Assembly (NCBI GenBank): GCA_037445065.1
Contig: JBBILD010000017.1
Coordinates: 15,419 to 79,418, forward strand
Direction of reading: 5' to 3'
Source: Myxococcales bacterium
GTDB taxonomy: Bacteria; Desulfobacterota; Binatia; HRBIN30
Length of the DNA: 64,000 bases
Under the pieces are notes generated by a model. That model searched no databases, was not told the origin of the DNA, and saw nothing but the letters and a program-made list of their open reading frames with translations. Made by a program: the position numbers and the translations under genes. Below are positions 57,676 to 64,000 of the stretch, piece by piece. Position 1 is the stretch's first letter; the number at the start of each line of letters is the position of its first letter.

Positions 57676-59876
57676 AGGCAGTCTTCGTCGTACGGAGTGC
57701 GGTAGTCACCGTAGCATGGATCCACTTGAACGCATTGGCCTGTTGCGTCGCGCTTGCAGCGCAAACCTCCGGCATTGACCGCCAGCGTGGGCTCCTGGAG
57801 CGCGCGTACGTAATACACGATCTCGCGCTTTGCCGTAGGGAATTCCGGATCCTCGAATTCCACTTCGCAGCCGCTCGCCGATGCAGGGCACTCGAAGCGC
57901 CGCCATGGGTCCTCGACCAGCTCTGCAATGGGTTCGCCCGGCTCCTCCCGCGGCCGGATTCGCACCACGTGAATTTCCGTGATCCGGTAGCGCTCGTCGC
58001 TGGGGTGGTAACATTCCCCCCGGCACAGCCGCTGCAAGCGCTCGGGAGAGAGCGCCGTGAGAGAAACTTGCGGGCAGCCGGGCTTTTGTTTGAAGGCGCC
58101 GACCGCGCGCACGCGAAAGCGAGGAGTCTCCGGCAGCTCCACCTCGGCACCCATGGGAGCCGCTCCTCCGGGGGCGTTCAGCAGGTCGAACCAAAGCAAG
58201 ATGCGAGCGCCGCTGGTGCCGTAGACCTCTCGTCGTTTGAGTGCCTGCCAGATCGAGTCGCGATTCCGTCCTTCCGAGTGTACTGCAACCAAGCCTCCAG
58301 TCATGAAAAACGATGCCTGCCGCTCGAACTCGAGCAACTGAAAGGGTTGCAGCCCGGAACGCTGCACATCCAAGGGACGCGATTCGGGGGTGGCTGGTTG
58401 GGGCCGTAAGATGCGCTGCCGCCAGCGTGCGTCGCGTGCGCCCGCAGCTTCGGTCATGGCGCGGCGGGCGAATTCCTTGTAGCCGGTACCAGGACGGGCA
58501 GAGTGATTGTCGCTGGAAGCGATAAAGCCAAAACGAAAGCGGCGCTTTCCTTCTCGGAAGTTCGTGAGGGCCAAGATGTACTGAGCTGAGCTTCCCGGCC
58601 GGTAGTTGAACGCGGGATTGAAGCAGTTCCGGCACTGGCCGCAGTCGAGCCAGTCCGCCACTTCTGCACCGGGCACGGTGAGATGGCCGGCTACTCCTGC
58701 CTGCAAGTAGTTTGCGCGGGCTGCGCGCACGCGCCGCTCACATTCCTCCGCGGGGATGTTTCCGCAGCGCTTGCGGATGATCTCTCCTGCCTGCCAGCAG
58801 CAGGGCAGATAATCGGCACTGGGTGGGGGGCAGACCGGGTTGCCTTGCGCATCGAAGTCCACGGCCTTCCAAGTGCGGTACTCTTCCGAGTTCCCATGCC
58901 CCGAGTAAATTTCGAACAAGATCTGGCGCTGCGGGTCGTGGCGGGCACCTTCGAGCTGTTTGTCCCAGGTGGATCCGGGCGGGGTGTAAAAGCCCCACGT
59001 CGTGCCGTGGGGAATGACAATGGATTCGAAGCCCCATTGGGCCAACTTCTCGAAGAGTTCCTCCGGAGTGGGTGCGGCCTCATGACAGTCGTCGGGCAGT
59101 TGCCGCGTGTCAATGCCGCGCGGGCAGAAGGGAGTGCGGATGTTTTCGCGGACGAAGCGGCCAAAATCGTAGTACCGGTGGCGATTGGACCAATCCAGCA
59201 GCGGAAACAAGATTCGTTGCCGCAGGGGTGGGGGCTGGCGCATGCCGCCGATCAACTGCTCGTCCAGCGCACTGATCGGGCGCTTCGGCACGCGGTCCTC
59301 TTCGAGGTCACGAAAGATCACGTTGCGGTGCCCGAAGTGGGTTTCGGGGGTCTGCCCGACTTGACTCCACTCCCAGCCGAGGAACGCAACCACGTCCGGG
59401 TTCTTTGGGTCGCCTGCCCGCGCGTTGCACTGGCGGATGCTCTCTTTCGTTTCCTTCCAGTGCTGCGGGCTGAGCATCTCGGCATGATCGTTGATGCTCC
59501 AGAAATCGAGTGCCGAGCAGTAGCGGGCAAAATCACAAGCGTCCGCTGGTGGATGCACGCCTTCGCCTTGCAGCATGGGCAGGCTGCGCAAGAAGGCGTC
59601 AGCGGAAAAGGTAGTGTGCACGTGCAGGTCGCCCCAGAGGATTTGCTTGCGTGCCTCTGCCGCCGGAGCGAGTTCCGTCAAGGCGCGTGCTTGCCGAGCT
59701 GCGCGCTCGGCAATGACTGGCGCAGGCACCGCCGCTCCTTCGATTTGCCCCGGCCCTTGGTGCTCGCCCTGACAGGAGGCAAGCAGGAGGAGTCCGACGG
59801 TGGAGCACGTGTACGGCAACCACCGGTTCTGCGTTCCGCTCCGCTCTCGCCAGTTCGTTGTACGTACCTGCGCCAT
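57618..59876 (-). CDS. DUF3604-like PHP-fold metalloprotein, probable lipoprotein
   Basis: Lipobox LASC; WGDLHVHT, INDH, EWS...HRNVIF, IPHG, GFIASSDNH, REVYGTSG and QERAWSSPI. Confidence 0.88.
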   Translation of the reverse strand: MAQVRTTNWRERSGTQNRWLPYTCSTVGLLLLASCQGEHQGPGQIEGAAVPAPVIAERAARQARALTELAPAAEARKQILWGDLHVHTTFSADAFLRSLPMLQGEGVHPPADACDFARYCSALDFWSINDHAEMLSPQHWKETKESIRQCNARAGDPKNPDVVAFLGWEWSQVGQTPETHFGHRNVIFRDLEEDRVPKRPISALDEQLIGGMRQPPPLRQRILFPLLDWSNRHRYYDFGRFVRENIRTPFCPRGIDTRQLPDDCHEAAPTPEELFEKLAQWGFESIVIPHGTTWGFYTPPGSTWDKQLEGARHDPQRQILFEIYSGHGNSEEYRTWKAVDFDAQGNPVCPPPSADYLPCCWQAGEIIRKRCGNIPAEECERRVRAARANYLQAGVAGHLTVPGAEVADWLDCGQCRNCFNPAFNYRPGSSAQYILALTNFREGKRRFRFGFIASSDNHSARPGTGYKEFARRAMTEAAGARDARWRQRILRPQPATPESRPLDVQRSGLQPFQLLEFERQASFFMTGGLVAVHSEGRNRDSIWQALKRREVYGTSGARILLWFDLLNAPGGAAPMGAEVELPETPRFRVRAVGAFKQKPGCPQVSLTALSPERLQRLCRGECYHPSDERYRITEIHVVRIRPREEPGEPIAELVEDPWRRFECPASASGCEVEFEDPEFPTAKREIVYYVRALQEPTLAVNAGGLRCKRDATGQCVQVDPCYGDYRTPYDEDCLWPNQERAWSSPIYVRPAS

Positions 59877-60418
59877 CCTACCTCCTCGTTTCGCCCGTTA
59901 TTGCCGGTCGCTTACAATGGGCGTTGTTTTCCAAGCAAGTCGGGTTGGACCCACTTCACAGCCAGAAGTGAGACCGTCGGAATCGGTTTCCGCTGCGCCC
60001 GCAGCGATTGCCCCCGGGGCAAGCGGGCGATTTCGGGGCGCGTGCAGCAGCGCGCCTCAGTTGCCTGCCAGTCCGCTTCCCGAGAAACTCATACCCTGCG
60101 AAAAGAGCACTCCGCTCAGCTCCCGGATGCAGTCGACGCTGGCGCGCTGACTTGCGCGCCGACCGAGGTTGCGCGGGCTCGGGGTGGTGGTCTAACGACG
60201 ACCGGTGTTCACCCCATCACAGGGAGACACAAGCGGAGAACGGGGGCACACCGGTCGCCACGGAGGGAAACGCTTCGGTGACCGCAGGCGCGTCGGCCAG
60301 ATGCGTGCTCGCCATTGCCAAAAAGGGCGGTTGCGCTCTGCTTTGCGTGATTCCACTGTCCGCAACGAATGCGTAGGTAAGAAAATTTGTATTGCAAAAG
60401 ATTGAGTCGTCCTTAATA

Positions 60419-60434
60419 AATTCGAAATCGAATT
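60419..60434. promoter_or_regulatory. Palindromic candidate operator in an AT-rich upstream region
   Basis: AATTCGA-aa-TCGAATT is a perfect inverted repeat inside a conspicuously AT-rich patch (about 60378-60435). Confidence 0.4.
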
Positions 60435-60454
60435 CGAGTTGTGGGGCACTTAGA

Positions 60455-62659
60455 ATGACTTTCTCAAGCAGAGCCTTGCCGTTCGCTTGGTGTAGGTGTG
60501 TTCGTGCCCATTTGCGCGGGCAGTCGCACACATCCACGCGGCCATGGGGCGACTGGTTTGCGTTGCGGCTGCTTCGTACGCCACTGCTGCTGTGGGCGCT
60601 GTTCGCGGTTCTTGCGGCCACTGTGGGCCGGCCGACGGCGGTGTTTGGCGCCGGTTGTTGCGCCTGCACGAGTTGCAACGCGTGCTTTGATAATCCGACC
60701 GGGAACGCGCAGTGCCAGGATTTTTGTAATACCACTTGCGGCGGTGGCGGCGGAACGTGGGTCGGGGGCGCAGGGAACACGTGTGCAAACAGTTGCGGCG
60801 GATTATTTCTGACCCCTACCCCGACGCGTACCCCCACCGGTACCTTCACCAACACCGCAACGCCCACACTGAGCCCGACGGCATCGGTTACGCCAACGGG
60901 AACGGGTACGTTGACGCCGACGGCCACTCCGAGCGTGTCACCCACCCCGAGCGCGACTCCGACGGCGACCCTTTCACCGACTGCCACGGCCTCACCGAGC
61001 ATGGAGGAGGAGGAGGAGGAGGAGGAGGAGAGAGAGGCGACCCTTTCACCGACTGCCACGGCCTCACCGAGCAGTACCGCGACGAGTACAGCGACTCGCA
61101 CGCCTTCGGCGACGCCGAGTCAGACGCCGTCTTTCACAGCGACTTCGACCGCGACGAGTACTTCGACTTCGACCCCGAGTGCCACCTCGACGGCCACAGC
61201 GAGCGCCACAGCGACGGCCACAGGGACCGAGAGCCCGACCTCGACCGCTTCCCCGAGTGCGACGGCGACCTTCACAGCCACGGCGACAGAAACCGCCGGC
61301 TTCTCGCCGACACCGAGCGCTTCCCCTACGGAAACGGCTTCACCCACAGCATCGGCAACGTTGGAGCCGACCTTGACGGCGACGGCTACCATGCCGCTGA
61401 TTTTCCCCAGTCCCACGCCCACCAGTGGTGGGGGCGGAGGAGTGACGCGCTCGCCTACGCCGACCAAGACGGCGACACCGTCACGTACCGGTACCCCCAC
61501 TCGCACGTTGCCGCCGACCGCGACGGCCACTGGTACCGCGACCAGTACCAAGACCGCGACGCCTCCACTCTTTGTTACCGCGACGGCTACTGCCACAGTG
61601 CCCAGCACGGGTGGGGAAGGCTGCTTGCCAGAATTGCGGAAAGATCACGTCGGAGTTGCGAGCCCCGGCGGCCGCCTGAGTTACCTGCTGCACTGGTCCA
61701 ACCCCTGCCGCGATGTCATTCCAGGAGTAGTCGTTACGGACGAGTTGCCGGCTGGGGTGACGTTCCTGCGCGCCGCCAGTTCTGCCGCCGTGCGCGAGGA
61801 GGGTGGACGGATCGTGATCGAAGTCGGCGACCTGCCTAAGGGGCCTGCCGGATTCGCTACGGTTGATGTGGCCCTTTCTCAGAACCTCACGCCGGGTTCG
61901 GTCTTGCGCAATACGGCCGGATTGCGCGACGGATTTGGCAACTCCGTGGAGGCGGAAGACCTCGCTGTGCTCCGCAGCAGTAGTTTCGGTCGCATTTCCT
62001 GCGCTTTCCGCGCACAGGTGTACGCCCGGCCTGGGAGCCCGATCCGCTACGTCGTGCGTTACAAAAACGGGGGCGGCAACAATTCCGTGACCGTCTCCTT
62101 GCCGCCAGAACTCGTTCAGATCAAAAGCTTCTCGCAGCCGCCCGACGTCTGGAGCGGAAGCGTCTTCCGTTTTACCCGTTTGGCGAAGACGGCGGGATCT
62201 ATTCGGATTGACACCGCGGTGGATGCGGCGGTGGCGGATGGAACCAGGCTGTTCTCTTGGGCGACGGTCGAGGACGAACTGGGTAACCTCGCCCTGTGTG
62301 AGCACCGCTCTGAAGTGCGGCGTTTGGATCGCCTCGCCTTATTTTTGCACGGTACCTCGAAAGTGGTTGCCGGAGGCAATGCGCTGTACACCGCCCGTTA
62401 CATGAATGCAGGTGCGAGAAACGAGCTGCGGATCGTGATTCCGCCGGAATTCGAGGTGCTCAGCACGTTCCCCGCTCCCGCACAGGTCATGGAGCGGACC
62501 TGGGTGTTTCGCGACTTGCCTGCGCCCAGTGGCGTGGTGAAGATCCGTGTGCGCGCGAGTACCGAGGCGCCTGCGGGTACGGTGCAAGTCGGTGCCGCGT
62601 TCACCGACGAAAGTGCCGCTGTGTCGGCTACGGCCCAGAGCACGATTATCGTGCGTTAG
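60455..62659 (+). CDS. Secreted protein: Cys-rich N-domain, Thr/Pro/Ser/Ala-rich linker, DUF11-like beta-sandwich repeats
   Basis: Hydrophobic signal, 10-Cys domain, long TPT/TAT tract, then PGGRLSY...[13 protein letters not shown]...NTA; start uncertain. Confidence 0.8.
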   Translation: MTFSSRALPFAWCRCVRAHLRGQSHTSTRPWGDWFALRLLRTPLLLWALFAVLAATVGRPTAVFGAGCCACTSCNACFDNPTGNAQCQDFCNTTCGGGGGTWVGGAGNTCANSCGGLFLTPTPTRTPTGTFTNTATPTLSPTASVTPTGTGTLTPTATPSVSPTPSATPTATLSPTATASPSMEEEEEEEEEREATLSPTATASPSSTATSTATRTPSATPSQTPSFTATSTATSTSTSTPSATSTATASATATATGTESPTSTASPSATATFTATATETAGFSPTPSASPTETASPTASATLEPTLTATATMPLIFPSPTPTSGGGGGVTRSPTPTKTATPSRTGTPTRTLPPTATATGTATSTKTATPPLFVTATATATVPSTGGEGCLPELRKDHVGVASPGGRLSYLLHWSNPCRDVIPGVVVTDELPAGVTFLRAASSAAVREEGGRIVIEVGDLPKGPAGFATVDVALSQNLTPGSVLRNTAGLRDGFGNSVEAEDLAVLRSSSFGRISCAFRAQVYARPGSPIRYVVRYKNGGGNNSVTVSLPPELVQIKSFSQPPDVWSGSVFRFTRLAKTAGSIRIDTAVDAAVADGTRLFSWATVEDELGNLALCEHRSEVRRLDRLALFLHGTSKVVAGGNALYTARYMNAGARNELRIVIPPEFEVLSTFPAPAQVMERTWVFRDLPAPSGVVKIRVRASTEAPAGTVQVGAAFTDESAAVSATAQSTIIVR
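60964..61073 (+). repeat. Perfect 38-bp direct repeat flanking a (GGA)9 tract
   Basis: GGCGACCCTTTCACCGACTGCCACGGCCTCACCGAGCA at 60964-61001 and 61036-61073; spacer T(GGA)9GAGAGA. Confidence 0.9.
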
Positions 62660-62687
62660 TCTTCCCTGTGATACGCGTCCGCGCGTC

Positions 62688-64000
62688 TCAGGCGCGCGGG
62701 CGCGGCCGCAGGGAGAGGGCCCAAAAAGCTAGGAACAGGGCGGCGGCTTTGGGGAACCAGTCGCCGAGAAGGGTGTACGGTGCGCGGAGGTGGAGGCGGC
62801 TGGCCTCGCCGAGGACCACTTCCTCTGTGAACAGGCCTCCCTGCGCCACCACCCGTCCTGCCGCGTCCACGATGCTCGTGACTCCAGTGTTGGAGCTGCG
62901 CAGCAGGAAACGGCGATTCTCGATCGCACGCCAGATGGCCAGTGCCTGGTGTTGGTACGGGGCAGCCGTGTCTCCGTACCAAGCGTCGTTGAGAATCGTT
63001 GCGAGCACCTCTGCCCCAGCGAGCGTGGTCCAGCGCGGCATGCTGCTGGCGATGTCTTCGAAGCAAATCAACTGCCCGACACGCCCCTTGCCGTCGAGAT
63101 CGAAGACGCGCACCGACTCGCCCGCGGTGAAACGCCCGGTCTCGGGGCTGAGCGCGTAGACAGCAGGGAAGTAGGATCCACCAGGAATGTACTCGCCGAA
63201 CGGCATGAGGATCCGCTTGTCGTAGCGGCCTCGCAGCACACCTCCCGGATCCATCCAAAACGCGCTGTTGTATTGTTCCACTTGTTCTTCGGACAGCGGC
63301 CGGTAGGCGAGCCCGCCAAAAATGAGCGAGGTGCGCAACCCTGGAAAGGGGTTGCTCTCCCCGGTGAGTACAGTCTCCCACGAGGGAATCCAATGCTGGT
63401 GCACGGTCTCCGGCCAGACGATCAGGTCAACGCGATCTTGTACGCTCTCGCTCAGGCGCTGGTACTTGCCAAGGTTGACGGTAAAGAAGCGCGCATCTCC
63501 TTTTTCCTCGATGCCGACGTTCCCTTGTACCAGTGCCACCCGCAGCCTCGGCGCGTCCGCCATGGCTCGCTCGATTTGCGGGAGGCGAATCGCGCCGTAG
63601 CTCCACAACGCGGCCCCGAGTGCGGTAGCGGCCAGCAAAGGGCGAAGCCCGAGTCGCTCGAGGTAGAGCACGCAAGCGGCCGCAAACCACACCATCGCGA
63701 AGCTCAGCAGGAACGGTCCTGCGAGATCGCCGGACTGGATCAGGCGCACCGCTTCCATCTGGCTGTTAGCAAGCCGCCATGGAAAGAGATTCGGGTACCA
63801 CGCTTCGAGAACCACCCAGCCGGCGGCGGGCACGATCCCCCACAAGGGGCGCAAGCGCGACCACCACGCAAACCAACCAAATAGCGCGAACTGGAGCGCT
63901 GTGAAGGCAGTGAGGATGGCGTAAAAGAAGAGGGCTGTGGGAAGCGAGAAACCGCCGAAAACGCGAATCGTGTACACGAGCCAGTAAAACGCGGGCAGGT
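62688..64000 (-). CDS. lnt: Apolipoprotein N-acyltransferase (5' truncated by window edge)
   Basis: VQGN, WPET, YDKRILMPFGEYIP and LICFED (E-K-C triad), NDAWYG, RSSNTG. Confidence 0.95.
   Translation of the reverse strand, partial: LPAFYWLVYTIRVFGGFSLPTALFFYAILTAFTALQFALFGWFAWWSRLRPLWGIVPAAGWVVLEAWYPNLFPWRLANSQMEAVRLIQSGDLAGPFLLSFAMVWFAAACVLYLERLGLRPLLAATALGAALWSYGAIRLPQIERAMADAPRLRVALVQGNVGIEEKGDARFFTVNLGKYQRLSESVQDRVDLIVWPETVHQHWIPSWETVLTGESNPFPGLRTSLIFGGLAYRPLSEEQVEQYNSAFWMDPGGVLRGRYDKRILMPFGEYIPGGSYFPAVYALSPETGRFTAGESVRVFDLDGKGRVGQLICFEDIASSMPRWTTLAGAEVLATILNDAWYGDTAAPYQHQALAIWRAIENRRFLLRSSNTGVTSIVDAAGRVVAQGGLFTEEVVLGEASRLHLRAPYTLLGDWFPKAAALFLAFWALSLRPRPRA

Noticed and set aside
59970..60010. 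GIGFRCAR, resembling the C-terminal motif of FGE-sulfatase domains, beside the DUF3604-like gene
   Set aside because: An isolated short match in an otherwise antisense ORF, with no upstream FGE motifs such as RGGS.
60244..60290. Hairpin with a GAAA-containing loop resembling a c-di-GMP riboswitch
   Set aside because: Lacks the GGCAAAC...GAAA...GACGCAAAGC consensus arrangement.
60964..61073. CRISPR-like repeat-spacer-repeat (38/34/38 bp)
   Set aside because: Only two repeats, a low-complexity spacer, in frame within a CDS, and no cas genes in the window.

Overview
A GC-rich bacterial chromosomal window, mostly housekeeping. Gene order and content look deltaproteobacterial, possibly Candidatus Binatia-like (inference only). 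Left to right: the end of the dcw cluster (murD-ftsW-murG-murC-murB-ftsQ-ftsA-ftsZ, no ddl) followed by a radical SAM gene and acpS; a phasin/PhaE-like gene and a tandem ArsA/Get3-like ATPase pair divergent from glpK and a GMC oxidoreductase pair; rpmE-prfA-prmC-murA-hisDBHAF; a decayed nucleotidyltransferase; an accessory locus (radical SAM + UbiA prenyltransferase, a 138-bp MITE, a JmjC oxygenase, a large polytopic membrane protein); usp, terC, NYN, an acyltransferase, aroC, an SDR and a secreted choice-of-anchor-B/dockerin-like protein; pyrD, a Kef-like antiporter, a Zn-ribbon protein, a PTPS-III-type enzyme, a cytochrome c, pepA and a methyltransferase; a Zn-dehydrogenase; a DUF362/FAD-oxidoreductase/methyltransferase group; ccr; a DUF3604-like/PpiC/HupE-UreJ trio; a mucin-like secreted protein; and partial lnt. 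I found no rRNA, tRNA, CRISPR array or intact transposase. The best candidates for uncharacterised systems are the ArsA pair/glpK/phasin-like neighbourhood, the UbiA-radical SAM-JmjC locus and the DUF3604-PpiC-HupE module. All family assignments come from motif recognition by eye; no searches were run.
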